Assembly: GCF_009914755.1 (NCBI RefSeq)
Contig: NC_060926.1
DNA: 64,000 nt
Strand: one strand, 5' to 3'
Source: the human T2T-CHM13v2.0 reference genome, Homo sapiens
This document shows, one piece after another, positions 26,400-40,914 of the stretch (its first letter is position 1; each line of letters opens with the position of its first letter). Below the pieces are notes generated by a model. It saw nothing but the letters and a program-made list of their open reading frames with translations. It had not been told where the DNA came from and ran no database searches. The translations under genes and the position numbers were made by a program.

Positions 26400-27130
26400 A
26401 GTTAGTACAAAGAACATATACATGAAGGTAAAAAGAATAGAATAAACAGGTTTTCAACAACAAGAAGAAACATAGAGTATTATTAATTTTGGCATTCCGT
26501 AGATTAACATTGTCTCTCTCCAACTCAATTATAACTCAAATTGTTTTTTTCTTAATTTTCATTTTAGTTTTGCTACGTATTGTATACCCTTATTGTTTAG
26601 TTTGTGTATTTTTGAAAGTTGTATAAATAGAAAAATGCGCCAAACAATTCTGTCTTGTTTCTGGCATCCGGTGACATGTTTTTGATAGTCATTAATAGTG
26701 ATGTTTGTAGCACTCTATTCCCATGTTTATAATCATTTTACATTTTTGTAATTTGGGGCCCAGTAATTCCATAAACATTTTATACAGTTCTCCAGGCACA
26801 CATGCCTAAGAGTTCTGTAAGATTTTTACCTAGAAATAGATTCTGAGTCTTGTATTTACACATATGTAACTTCACAAGATAATGCTAAATTCTTTTTCAG
26901 GATATTGTATTAATTTATTCTCTCGTCAGCCATATGAGAGTCCTAGTGGGTCCATATTCTAGCTCCCATGTGGTATTATCAGACTTTCCTTTCTTTTTTC
27001 CAAATGATGGGCTAAAATGTCATTTTATTATGGTTGAAATTTGTATTTCTCAGATTACCAATAAGCCATAAGTTTTTTCTTCATTTTTTACTGCCTCTGA
27101 GTCTTCTGTGTAATATTCTGTACATGAAAT
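26400..27130 (-). mobile_element. L1ME-type fragment
   Basis: ttttacctagaaatagattctgagtc...ggtattatcagactt...gaaatttgtatttctcagattac. Confidence 0.65.
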
Positions 27131-28427
27131 CAGCTCTGTTCTTCTAGATTATATGATATGTTCTAATTTAATGGTATACCACCCCAAATTTCTAAATTAT
27201 AAAGCAAACAAAATTTTACAGATTTTGCAAAAATATGCAAAATTTGAATATATTGTGTTTTTTCCATTACTGAAGGACTTTTAGCTTTATATGTTTATAA
27301 TTTTAAGCAGAACATCTAAGCTTCAATTTACAGTGTTGAGGTATGACTCGGTTATAGTAAGTGCATTATTTGCAAAAAAGCTTCTTGAGTTGCTCATACC
27401 TTAATCAACTCTGAATTCCCACAAGGATTGACATACAGTAGTAGCTCGGTATAAGTATTTTTAGGTAAATCAGTTCATTCTCTTAATGTAAAGCATGAAG
27501 AGCTATTAAAGCATAAACATAAATGAAATTAAACATTCATACATAATATTCATCAATAGGACAGTATTTTTCAAGTTGTGTAAACACTGTGTTTAGAGAA
27601 AAGAGCTAATATTACATAGTATGTGATACCCTGATGAAATATCCTTGCTCAGGAATATGGATAGATTATTTAACAGTGAATAAAACACACAGCCTTTTTT
27701 TCTGGCTCCCCATCATGTGCATTGTAGAATATTTCCTAAGTTGGAAGTAGACAAGAACTTGACTTTAAATAGCACTTTCTATTTTCCAGTATTTTTAAGG
27801 TACTTCCCTGAGCAGTGACTTAATGTGATGGGCTTAGAATGAGTAAGCAAGTAATGGGAAAAGACATTTTTACTTACTTGGACAGTAAAATCATTTTATT
27901 GAAAGAATAATGCGAGGACATCACATCAAGATTCATATCTACAGGGCAGCGAATTCACATATCCTCAATTTTTCTTCTGTGTAGCATGAATCAATGCAAA
28001 GTAGTATTTGGATATTTTAAAGCTCATCTTTAAAACTCTCATATGTTAGCTGCATGTTACCTATAGTCGATCATTTGATGGAATAAAGTTGCTTCTGCAT
28101 CATTTGGTGTGACCATAACCCAGAAAAGAAATCCCATTAATATGGCTTAGCATAGAAATTGTAGTCATAAATACATTTTTTTACATTTATTGAAACAATT
28201 TCTCCCAGTACATTTTATTTCTAGTTTGACAATGACAATTGCATTTGGAGATTTAGCAGAAAACATCGTTTGAATTATCACTTTATACCACTGGAATTCT
28301 TCAAGATATTTGATGAATCCATTTCTATGTTCTTATTTCAGTGTCCATAAATGTACTATGGAAATAATGTTAGTAATTTCATAACTTTTTTGAGATGTTT
28401 GGAGAATACACATGTTAATATTCTTTA

Positions 28428-28539
28428 TTTTTTTCCAACTTTTATTTTAGGTTCAGGAGGTACACGTGCAGGTTTGTTACATGGGTAAATTGCACGGGGG
28501 TTTAGTGTACAGATAATTTTATCACCCGGGTAATTGACA
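28428..28539 (-). mobile_element. Extremely 5'-truncated L1PA (PA15/16-like) 3' end
   Basis: ccaacttttattttaggttcaggaggtacacgtgcaggtttgttacatgggtaaattgc; perfect 13-bp TSD TTAATATTCTTTA at 28415-28427 and 28540-28552. Confidence 0.9.
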
Positions 28540-29501
28540 TTAATATTCTTTAAGCATCTGGGAGCTAGGTAGATGGTGTGCAATTCAAAGTCTTATACTA
28601 ATAATAAGACAGATACTCCTGGTAAAAGCTACAACAAACTTCAGGGGCTTTTAAACTTGCTTTCACTTCTCAGAAAATTTAAAACTGGTGACAAAGAATT
28701 TCTTGGCAATTGATAAAGGGAAAACTAATCTTAATGTTTTTCTTCATGAAGGTAATAGTCAATAATATAAACCAGGCATTAACCAAACTTTTCCACCATG
28801 TTCTAACTGCCAGAAAATAGCCTAAGTGAAGTTTTGCTTTGCTAGTTATTTTAGAAGATACAAATTTGCTTATAGGTCTTTGAGAACCTTTTTGAATATG
28901 ACATCTTGCCGGAAGCTCAAAATTATTTAGTGCTGACTGTAATTGCATCTTGGAGGAGGTAACTGACAGCATCTTGACTCGTTTTGCCAAAAATAAAGCT
29001 TTTAGGTTTCCTGAGAACGCATTTAAAAATACTGGTTTTTGCTTGAAGATTATCTAGCCTGCCAAAGAATCCCCTTGGTTTTTCAAAACAGAAAAATATA
29101 AGTGTGAGTTGTTGAATTTTCGTAAAAAGATTTCCAACAACCTGGAAGCTAGAAAAATCAGAAGAATCAGAGTTCAAAGTAATTTAAAAAGTCATGATAA
29201 TGCTAAGATGTTAATTCTCCTTTACTAACATTCCTGACAAATTCTTTTGCAAACAAAAATGGCAAAGTCATCAGAATATTCAGATTTTTGCAAATATAAA
29301 AATGATGCCAACTTCTTATTTTTGGCATATTACATCCAACATTTCTTCCTATATGTCCCAGGAAACCTATCAAGGTCTTATGTGAACTACCTTTTGGTTA
29401 TGGTTTCCATTGCACCCTCATGTAGGGAAAAATGGCATTGTCCTTCAGTGTATACAGTAATGAAGTTTTTGTATGTTTTTTAATTCTATTTTATTTGATT
29501 C

Positions 29502-29550
29502 TTTTTTTGAGACAGGGTCTCACTCTGTCACCCAGACTGGAGTGCAGTTG
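29502..29550 (-). mobile_element. Alu 3'-end stub (~50 bp)
   Basis: tttttttgagacagggtctcactctgtcacccagactggagtgcagt. Confidence 0.85.
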
Positions 29551-30489
29551 TATATTTTATTTTTATCAACAATGCCAATTATGACCAAGGAACTGGTAGG
29601 AAAATGAATAAGTCATCTGTCATCAGCACTTTCATGACAAATTAGTGTATTTCTATCTTGAATTCATTTATTCAAGCTAGCTATTTTAATTTTTTCCTGT
29701 TAATTTTTTGATTGGTAGGAAGTCAAAGAGATAACTTAAGATTTTTCTATACAGTCAAGCCCAGAACTAGAAGTTCATCACTAGACAGCCATGATGCATT
29801 TCTGTACTTTATGTTTTTATTATAATATGAAATTTATTTTATTTTATTTTGCTATGTCGGCTCTCTGTGCTTTGCCAGTGCTATACATAACTTATATATA
29901 ACCCACTATTAACAATAAGTAGAAAACTTTGACATTATGTTTTTTTAAGTTTTCAAAAAGCATTTTGGGTAGCATCACTAAATTATGCATGGGCTATTTT
30001 ACAAAATAATTTAATTTTACAACAGGTTTGTGTGTGACTATCATTCTTCTCTATTATCTGTCTGAGACACAAATAGCGAGAAAAGCTACTTCAAATAAAT
30101 AAAGGAAATACACTGTGTATGTTGCTGGCCTTCAGTATTTAAATCATGCATTGATAATTTTTACTTTTAATATTAATACAAAAATACCATATATATGCTC
30201 AGAGGAAAACACTGTTCCTTGATATCAAATCTTTCCCTAAATTGAAGTTTTGGAATTATTATTCCAATGATTACAGACTTAGACTAAACTTTGCAAAATG
30301 TGCACCTGGATTTTTCACTTCTAATTGGAATCATTTGGCATCATGTTAATATTGCTACATTTGAGGTTTGAGAAATCGCAGTGACTTGGTGCTTCATATA
30401 CTACCTCTGCTGCATGAGTATAAACTATGAATCCCTAACTAAATCGGAAACAGAATAAACTGAAAAAAATATTTCCATGAATGCAAATA

Positions 30490-30820
30490 CAGCTGACCTT
30501 CTATATAGAGGGTTCATCATCGACAAATTCAACAAACAGTACATAGGTAGAAAATATTCAGAATAAATAAAATATAAATATCAATACAACAATAAAAACT
30601 AACAAATTAAAAAAATACAGTGTAACAACTACTTACACAGCATTTATGTTGTACTAGGTATTATAAGTAATCTATACATGATTTAAAGTATACAGGAAGA
30701 TGTGTGTAGGTTACTTGCAAATACTAGGGCATTTTACATAGAGACTTGAGCATTTGCAGATTTTGATAACTGCAAGGGTCCTGGAACCAATACCCCAAGG
30801 ATATGAGGGATGGAAGACTG
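30490..30820. mobile_element. Tigger3a-like (MER7A) TcMar DNA element
   Basis: cag...ctg termini with TA upstream; tattataagtaatcta...gatttaaagtatacagg...ggtcctggaaccaatacc. Confidence 0.85.
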
Positions 30821-31300
30821 TCGTCCTTTTCAGAGAAGTAGCATGATGTAAAATAAAACTGATATTAGTATCACTCATTCCTGCTTCCCTAACTTTCCTT
30901 CCTCTTACTAAGGAAATGTATCTTAATGGTATTAGTTCACATTCAACATTAGAGTCTTTACACACAGGTGAATGATTCAAGCTGAGAATATTATTAATGC
31001 AACTCATTTATACTCTGTTTGGTTCTAACATTCTCCTAAACCTACTTATTGGTTTTTAAGGGAATTAATTAAAATTCTTTCAATAGCACACACAAAAAAG
31101 GAAGGTACTAATACAAAACAGTCAGAAGCCTCCTTAAAGATTCAAATAAACAGTCATTCAATATCATGGTATTCTGAGTCTTGGTTTTTTTCTGGTGTAA
31201 TTGTGTGATTTGTAGCCAAACATCATTTTCTATTAGATATAAATCAGGAAATAACTAGAATGTATCTTATTAGAATTACCTTTCTAGAAGCATTGTAGAA

Positions 31301-31470
31301 TTATATATATATATGAAATTTATATTTATATATGAAATTTATATATGAAATTTATGTATGAATTTATATATATTTATATATATAAATTTATATATATAAT
31401 TTTATATATATATGAAATTTATATATGAATTTATATATAAATTTATATATATAAATTTATATATGAAATT
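31301..31470. repeat. AT-rich self-complementary tandem repeat (TATATA/GAAATTTA units)
   Basis: ~170 bp of near-pure A/T, e.g. tatataaatttatata repeated. Confidence 0.9.
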
Positions 31471-31682
31471 CTATTCACGTAAGGTTTTATATACTTTAGT
31501 ACTGGTGAGGAGGTTAACCACACTTGTCAGCTGTTCTTTGCTTTTTCCCCTTGAGATAGCAAAAAAATGTAAGCCCTCAGTTCCTGATTATATTTAGTTT
31601 TGCACTTATTAATTTTTGTAAACAAACTTTGAATTGCATGACTATAAAAAGTACTTAAATATCGCAAAGAAAACTAAATTCC

Positions 31683-31996
<314 letters not shown>

Positions 31997-32049
31997 CTAG
32001 GCACAGAATCCTGTCTTCTCTCAAAAGAAAGGCATTGCTTGTTTGATAT

Positions 32050-32620
32050 TTTTTTCTTACTGCCCCATTCTTTTTTATGGAATGAATGGTATCATTCTGT
32101 ATATATATTTGCAGCATCTACTTTTCCCTGAAAAACATCTCTTTTTCAGACCTTTCTGTGTAGGAACATATAAACTGATTTTATTCTCTGTAAGTAATAA
32201 ATAGCATCTGATAGTGTAATTTTACTGTAACACATTTAAGAATTGCTGTGTCTTAGGCAATTTTATTTCTAGTATAAATAACATTGCAACAGATATTCTT
32301 GTACATGGGTTACAGATATGCATTTGTTTTGTTTTGTTTTCCTGCACACTACCAAATTACCCACTAACTTTACCTTCATCGTGTATCTTGGTTCCAGCAT
32401 TATGAGAGGATTCTTTTTCCACAGCTTCACCAACACTTGGTATTATTTAACTTTTACATTAAAAAGAACCAAATATGTAAAAATTAGTAAGAATAACTCT
32501 AATTTGTATTTCCCAGTTACTAATAAAATGGCATATTTTCCACATTTTTATGGCCATGTATCCTCACTGTTCTGTGAATTGCATTATTTTCTGTTTTAAC
32601 ATTTCTCTTTGTACCTGATG
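32050..32620 (-). mobile_element. L1M fragment
   Basis: aaataacattgcaacagatattcttgtacat...ttcaccaacacttggtatta. Confidence 0.6.
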
Positions 32621-32654
32621 TTCTGCAGCTTCACTACTATGTATCCAGTGAAGA

Positions 32655-32987
<333 letters not shown>

Positions 32988-35487
32988 TAAATCTAAACAC
33001 CATTTCTTAGCTTAGTCCTGGACTGTTTCTAATTATTTTGTCTTCAAACATTACTTCAACACACGCCTACCTTTCCATTTTTTCCAAAATCCTATTCAAA
33101 TTATAATTTAGTCTCTTTTAAGTTTTTTTCTTTGTTTTTCTGCAGAGTTTTAGGTAACTACTTCAGAACTGCCTTTTAATTACTAATTCTCTCTTTAATT
33201 GAGCTTAGTCTATTACTAAATTTAGAAGTATTTTTTAAAATATATTTTAAGTTCACAATTTCTAACTGGCTTTTATTCATTTTTAATTGGTCCTAGTTTA
33301 TGTTTTTCTGTGTTTGTACCATACCTTCACCTGCTTTTGGATGAATATTCATTCATTTATCCCTTATAGCACTTAAGAGATTGATTTAGAAATCTTTTTA
33401 TTTTCAGATCACTTCATTAATATACTTTAATCTGGACTAAAATTGTGACTGACTGTGATATATTTTATTTGTATACTTATTTTAATTTGTGAATTATAAC
33501 ACAAAAACTAGTTGTACAGAAAATTGCGTAAAATACAATGTACAGTCTAAAGAATATTTATAAAGCAAATACCCATGAAACCACCACTAAAATATAGAAA
33601 TAGAACTTTCATCTCTTTTCCTTTAAATCAGGATGAAAAAGAAATTTCTTCAAATCAGGTATAATTATAAAAATGCTTTTATATGAATTTGGAATCTTTT
33701 CGAAGTCTGATGTAAAGTTTTACGAATTTTTCACATGCACTTCAGAAAAATGTATTCTGTTATAAAGTTGTATGCACGTCTTTAAATTAAAGCTTGTTTA
33801 TCTTACTATTATGAGTCTCTTACCCACCCTTACCCCCTTGTTTCTTGCATGCCCTGCTCTGGTGTTTCCTCTCGAGTTCCTGCTGATTTTAATCTAAGTT
33901 TGCCAGTGGGTTAGAATGTATTGATGGACCTAAATAATGGTGTAGGTAAAATTACTTGTTCAACAGATTGTAACCATGGGTTGAAGAACAAGAGTGTATT
34001 AAGAAGGATATGAGGTCATTTATAACGTACTTGCTGGATGTTCTTCACAGATAATATTATAAGGAAATTATGTGGAATAACCACTGTTCCTTGCATCCGA
34101 TAGTGGCTTCAGAATTCAATCAGCTGCATTTGTTCATGCCTCCAAAATCCATAGCTTGCTGGGGTAGGGTGGCTGTTGTGTGTATACAGACCTTAGGTGG
34201 AGCAGGGCATTTGTTTTGTGTTTAGCTAAGCCACAACCACATAAAACTCTTATTTTACATTGCTGCACTATCATATATTTGTATCCTACTAGTGATTAAT
34301 ATAAAAACTGCTCCCAGATCTTGAATTGTTTTTAAGGATTAATTTTCCTGACTCCTTTTTCGCTATCTTAGAGATCTGTTTATTAATTTACTTTTCTAGA
34401 GCTTCAATTTGAAGACTGGTCTGTATGCAGTTCCATTGCCTGAGGGTACAAAGAGGGGAATTAGATATCTTGGCTAGGGCTCTGACCAATAGTGGTTGCT
34501 GGGGTTGGTTTTTGCTTTTCCTTCTGAAATTGCTTATAAAACCTTGCATTTGTGTTCAGTAGACCTGTGTGTTGTACTTGTACGGATAATCCTTTCAGAC
34601 TTCTTGTAATTCTTTCCAATTCAGGATGGAATGCATGAAACTTTCTCCAGACAGAGATAACCGTCTTCAGATGTTCAACTTTCCCACTCTACCTGCTTCT
34701 ACCCAGCAGCTATTTCTAAGTTTTTCCCAGTCGAATGAGTGAAGTGATAGATAAACCCAAGGGTTTTGGCCATGACATTGTTCTTCTGTGGTAGAGAAGA
34801 ACTATTCCCTTGGCTGTGCTAATAGTTCTCCACCCACCTCACAATCTGTTAGAGGGTGTGGTCTTTTTTTCCCCCTTTCTTTTTACTAGCTTCTTTTTTT
34901 TTTTCTTAATTGAGGAAGGTAATTAGCTCTGTGCAATTAGGATTAATAGCTCTTCTCCCTCTAGCTTGCTTCTCACTAAAAAGCAAACGGTAAGACATAG
35001 CAATTTTCTGACTTTGGTAAGTTGCTAAATTGATCCAGAACTGCTTCTGCAGTAAATGAATTATCTGCATATTTTCCCTGAGCTTTTTTTCATATTCTGC
35101 CATTCAGCTGGACTCCAAACTGGAGACATGTTAGTGAATATTTTAAATATATATGCACGTATCTTCACTTCCACCATGCATTTATTTTTTCTTTAAGAGG
35201 AGATATAGGCAAAGATTAGTAAACTCTGGAATTTTGTGTTATTGTTTTTCCCTAATAATCATGTTTCCAAGATTATAGTATGAATATATATTCTTCCTTG
35301 ACACCTGCTGATTTATAGTAATTATGGTTTTACTTTCTAAAAATATATTTAGAGGTACAGTCTATGATTTGGCTTTACTTGATTATGTGGATTCATCAAT
35401 GTGTTGAGTGCCCTTTTAAAAAATCTGCTTTTGTGGCATTCAGTGTAAATATCTGATAATATCCACTCTTCTAAATTCCAAAAGGCA

Positions 35488-36133
35488 CATGGTAGAAAGA
35501 CTTCTGAAAATGACCTTCAATAACTCTTCACCTTGTTTAATTCTCTTCTCTGTAATCTGAGGGGACATCTCTTTCATAGTTACATAGCATGGCAAAAGGG
35601 AGTTTGCAGGTGGTATTATGGTTACTAATCAATTGACCCAGTTTTTGTAAAATATGTAGGTTATCAGATGCAGGCCTAACTAGGTGAACGCTTAAAAAGC
35701 AGGAAGTTTTCTGTGACTAATGGCAGAAGAGAAAGTCGGAGAGATTCAAGTCATGAAAAAGACTTGATGGCTCATTAATAAACGTTTGTAAGATGGAGGG
35801 TCCACATGAGAAAGAACACACGTGGCATCAAGGAATGAAGAATGGCTCCCAGCCAACAGCCAGCAAAGATAAAGGGACATAAGACCAACAGTCACCAGAA
35901 ACTGGATTCTCCCAACACTGTGAATGAGCTTAGAAATAAATAAGCTTAGAAACGAGCCTCCAGATAAGAGCCCAGTCTGGCCACAGCTTTGATTTTGGAC
36001 TTGTAAAACCCTAAGCAGGGAGTCCAGTCGAGCTCACTCTGAATTCTGACCTGCAGAATTGTGAATAAATGGGTTTCATCTTAAGCTGCTTAAGTTGTGG
36101 TAACTTGTTATGTAAAAATGAAAGTTGAATATA
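35488..36133 (+). mobile_element. MLT1E-type MaLR solo LTR
   Basis: tggcaaaagggagtttgcag...cccagccaacagccagcaaag...ccagataagagcccag...ttaagctgcttaagttgtggtaacttgtta. Confidence 0.8.
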
Positions 36134-37999
36134 GGGTTCATTCAAGACAGTCTTCTGGGAAACCTGCAAGACACACATTTACCCCTATAGAACTATTTTC
36201 ATACTGGAAAGATGTTAGCTAGGTACCAGATTTAGAAACCAGCTCCCTTTTCCATGGTGACCCCATTTACGTCTACTGATTGAACCCTTTACTGATTCTG
36301 TGAAAAACTTCTCCCCCACCTGGCTCTGTTTTCTGCCATAATCCATCAACCTCAATTTCCATTAACCATCTGATTGAATTTGTAGCTCACTAGGAACTGG
36401 TCCACATTCTTTCTCCTTCCTTTTCTGGCTCTACCTATTATTCTGTCTGGATATTTTTTTTTCCTTTACCATGGCTATGATGAATAAAGAGAACTCCTAA
36501 GTTTATCCTGTTATATTTCCACAAGTTTCATTTATTTTAGAAAGTCTCCTACAATGTATACAAAATATCCATAGATATTTAAAGAAAATTGAAATGAAGT
36601 CCAGCACATATTACTTCTATAAACAAGGCAGAACTTTCAGTTTAAAATAAAATGTCTCTAGCCATAAATATATAGTCAATTTTATTCAATGAGAAAATAT
36701 TTAAATTCTTCAAATTATCCAAATTGGTATTTAGAATGCTCCATGAAACACATATCATCATTTCCTATGTCCGTGTTATTTAGTTCCATAGCTTTTTTTT
36801 TTTTTTTTGGTAAAAAACAAATGATGCAATCATCATATTCTACAAAAATATTTTTAAGTGGGAAATAAATTGTAATTAAAATAAAACAAAGGAAACAGTA
36901 ATTTACTGCATCCCTGACCCCTTTCTTTCCCTTTCCTCCAATAAAATTCATATCATTGTTTAAAGACTGAGTACAGACATACAAAGATCACAACCAGATG
37001 TATGGGAAAAGGAAAAACAGGTTTGCAGGAAAAAATAGTTTTATTTACTACCAAAAAATTGTTTTACCAAGTCTCAGGATTAATTCTTAAGATTAAAAGA
37101 AAATGTTTAATAAATAAACAGATGTATGGAAAAAGTGAGGTTTCTGACAGCAAACTCATTTTTTCAATGTTTACATAAATAAGAGTTATTTGATGTATCT
37201 TTGAGTCTTTAAAATTAATTATATCTTATTCTCACTCAGATAAGAATGGGAATAGGGATCATTTAAAGTAGCATAAGTATGTTACAAAAATAATATTCAT
37301 TTATTTTCTGTTTTCCGTGATTGTAATGCTGTTGGAGTCCCAGAATATTATAAATGAGGCACTAATGGAAATATTTTATAGGAATGCATACTAATGTTCT
37401 GATTTCTCCTCAATATGTCTTGTATTATCCCAATACCAGTCTGCAATAAAAATTCACAAAGACAGACTGCATTGCTCAAATGGTACTTGGGAAGGAAATT
37501 TAGACATATGAAGCACAATTTGTTTGGAACGGAGACATTTTACAAAATAATTTTAGTTGATATCAAACATGAGACAAATTGACAAACTTATTGGAAAATG
37601 TTCTATTTAGAACTATTGATGATTAAATTTGGAGACCTTAGAAATCATTAAGGTATCACGTCCTCTATAGAAGGCAATCTAATTTACATACAGCAGACCT
37701 CCCACAAGATAAATTCTTCAAACCCAAAGTAATGTATCATTTCGCACATCCCAAAATTGCTTTCTAGCATCACTTAAAAGTCTTTTAAAAATCATAAGCA
37801 AACTCTCCTAAGCCAGGGAACACTAGAGAGAACTTGTGTGCCTGCAACTGCAGAAGATACTTAGAATCTATATAAAAAAAAATTTATATATTAACCCCAT
37901 TTATCTGGTACATCATCAGGCACCCGGGAGATTACATGGGTAGTTGTGTCATAGTGAATTTAAAAATTTAGTATAAGTTAAATGTATATGTTTTATTTT

Positions 38000-38088
38000 C
38001 CCCTTAGATTAAAAACTCTTGAGAACAGAAGTCAGTTGATTCAGGTTTGTTTGGACACAATGCTTAGGGGGTGTTTGATGAATGTATG
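38000..38088 (+). mobile_element. L2 3' end fragment
   Basis: ttagattaaaaactcttgagaacag...tttgatgaatg. Confidence 0.5.
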
Positions 38089-38229
38089 TGTGCGCGCGCA
38101 TGCAAGCGTGTGTGCGTAATTACTTACTTTTGTAGATCTTTAATTATTTGCTTATAAGTTATCCACCATAAATTATGAACCTGTAAAGGGCAGAAAACAC
38201 ATTTCTGTAATTCTTTAATATAGTGTCAT

Positions 38230-38711
38230 TGTTACAGAACCCCAAATTTAGACTTATGTACCTGATGTGCAGTTAACACCAAACACTGGCAAACAACTGC
38301 TTGGAGAAAAAGCTTTCTTCAATTTGGCCAACATGAGAAGGCAAGATCTCTCAAATCCCTCTAAACAAAAAGAAGCGGGGAATTTTTATGTGGCTAGAGA
38401 GTTAAGGGAGGGGGAGTTTCAGGGAAGCGAGGGGAAAAGTCTGTGTGTCTTCAGTCTCAGAAAACATCTTGAGCAACCAGACCCTTGAGTATCAGCAGCT
38501 GGTCGCCATGTCCATTCCTTCTGCAAATCTTTTTCATGACCCTGAAGTCACCTCCTCCTGCTTGGCAAAGAAACAGTACATCAGCAGTTTATACTGTGGA
38601 AACAAGGGATGTTGGCTTTTGTGCAGCAAGCAAGCAAAGCCTAATTAGAATTTTCATTATTTCAGCCACTAAAAATGCTGGAGTGCTGAACTCTCAAGGG
38701 AGCTGGTTACA
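38230..38711 (-). mobile_element. Solo LTR, probably ERV1 class (subfamily not resolved)
   Basis: 482-bp GC-richer block with TGTTAC...GTTACA termini; 4-bp flanks TCAT/TTAT are consistent with an ERV1-type TSD; strand is tentative. Confidence 0.65.
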
Positions 38712-39889
38712 TTATGATGACATAAGAGCATTGTAAGAAATGTTACGGTCATTGTCTTCCTTATAGTTTTTGATGTTATAGTTTTAGAGGTAGAAAAAAA
38801 AAAACTCAGTAAGTGAAGGGTTGCCATTCTTTGCCTTTGGGTAACAGTCAAGCTTTTACATAGACAGTAGTCTGTCTAATTAAAATTACTGGAGATTTTC
38901 ACCCTTCCTAAATAAATGTGTAGCAACATTTCTAACATCTAGTTGTGTCTCTTCTTTAGCCACATCTGATGGGTATAGACATAGAAATAGTTTCCTCAAT
39001 TCAGGCCTAAGTTATTTCTCTTTTGATAAGAAGTGCATAAAGGTAAATAAGATATGGTTGCTATCCTTGAGGAGTGTATAGTCCAGCAGAGAAGACCAAC
39101 AATTTAGTGTAATTTTAAGCAAAAAAGAACATTTACCCTGGTGGCCTTTAATCTTAGCACAGTGGGGCTAAAATTTGAGCCACATGTGTTTTGGGTAAAA
39201 GCTAATTTTCTACGTGGCTATACATTATGCCACCGATTTTAAATTTATTTATTGATATTCTTTCATCTAGGAACCTTTCCTTGATAAGTTAGGAAGAAAC
39301 ATCTTTACCTCTTTTAGACTTTGTATCCATTTTTAATGTGCATCACAATTTATTTAGCAAAATACTGTATTTCTTAGGAAGACAATGAATGGCATGTAAT
39401 GATAAACTCCTAACACATCACCAGTTATTCTGAATTTGGAAGCATTTTTCAAATTAAAAGATTAAATCAAAAGACTAGAACAGAGCAAAGCTCATATAAA
39501 ACCGCAGAGCTAATTTATATTTGTCATAAATGTTTTGTCATGTTACTTTTATCTGTCATATTACATTAATATTTAAGCAGTATTCTTGGTGAAGTTTCAT
39601 GCAACCTATTGCTGATGAGGTTGATATCAAGGAAATAAATCAAATGTTTTTTTCTCTCTCTCCTTCTCTAAGACTAGTTCTCTAATTCTGGGCAAAACTC
39701 TGCCTGCCCTGGCTCCTTTATAAATTATAAGCACTTTTCCCCCTCTTTGACATAATTATAAATTAAGCTGTTTTCTCTTTCTCCACTACAAATCTGGGAG
39801 GTTTCTAGCACCTGAGAAGTAGTAGAAATAAAAGTTTGCTGGGGGTACAAAATGTGGATTTAAATCACAACTCAGTTACTATCACTGTG

Positions 39890-40150
39890 AGAGGCAGCGG
39901 AGTGACTGCTTAAGCATCTAGATTTTGAAGCCAGTCTCACTGGATTTTAATTCTAGTTCTGCAATCTCACCAGTTAAATGACCTTGGGCACATATTTTCA
40001 TGTGCATCATTTGCTCCATCAGTAAAATGGTGTAATAAGACTTCATACCATCAGAGTTTTTATGAGGATTAAATACATGGATACATGTAAATTACTTAGA
40101 ATGATGTCTAGCATAGAGTAAAACTGCTATATATATTTGTTAATATTAGT
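39890..40150 (+). mobile_element. MIR SINE
   Basis: tgaccttgggcac...catcagtaaaatgg...tgaggattaaat...cttagaatgatgtctagcatag. Confidence 0.8.
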
Positions 40151-40489
40151 AGGCTATTATTTGGACTTTAGTGACTCACCTAATTTTTATATCTCTAAAA
40201 TGGCATATTATGCTATCTACATTGAAAGGTAGCACTTCAACGATTTTTAGTTGCTTATAGTCAAACTCCTGACTGATGGCATAAATGTCGTGTGAACTGC
40301 AGACTATTGGTATGTTAGAAGTGTTTCTTACATAGTAAACTGCATCATTTAATATCTCTTAGCAGCACATTCCTTATGCTACAGATCAAACTTTTATACA
40401 AGTTTATTTGAAGTGAAGATGTATATGTTAATTAGTTTTGGGGCTGACCGATGTCTAGTTTAAGTACTCTCATTAAAATTACATAACCT

Positions 40490-40612
40490 CTTCACTGAAA
40501 TGGCTCTTTAAAAAGTGTGCAATGACCTCTAGTTTGCTAAATACAATAGAACATTTCCTGTCATTGTCTAACTTAAACTATTTGCAATATTTGACACAGT
40601 TGACCACTTCTT
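40490..40612 (+). mobile_element. L2 fragment (host of the orphan insertion)
   Basis: caatgacctctagtttgctaaatacaatag...atttgacacagttgaccact. Confidence 0.75.
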
Positions 40613-40914
40613 GATTTTTTTTTTTTTTTTTTGCTTGGCAGAAATAATTCAGCCTCTTTTTAATGGGCTGATCTGTGGGATTATAAGCTGATTATAAGAC
40701 AGCTGATTTTATTGTCGAACCTCTCTAACACTGAAAATGCTCTTTTCTTAATTTAAATTAAAATCTGTTTTCTACTACCGTTTCTTTTCAATGAAATGGA
40801 ACAGTCAAATACACTTAAATAAATTATTTGAAACCAACTTCTCTCACTCACAAAATACTTGTTAAGCGTATTGTATTTACCATAGTCAGTTCACTTTTCC
40901 AGAGGGTAAACAAC
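40613..40914 (-). pseudogene. Orphan retroposed polyadenylated fragment (retrocopy of an mRNA 3' end or L1 transduction); source unknown
   Basis: T18 tail at 40615-40632; minus-strand ATTAAA 26 nt from the tail; 9-bp TSD CCACTTCTT at 40604-40612 and 40915-40923. Confidence 0.65.

Noticed and set aside
28679-29177. Overlapping 103-aa and 84-aa ORFs in unique sequence
   Set aside because: No recognisable domain, non-ATG starts and no convincing splice structure
36793-36808. Poly(T) run as a possible second orphan retro-insertion (also runs near 7443, 34895 and 41414)
   Set aside because: I found no flanking TSD or suitably placed poly(A) signal
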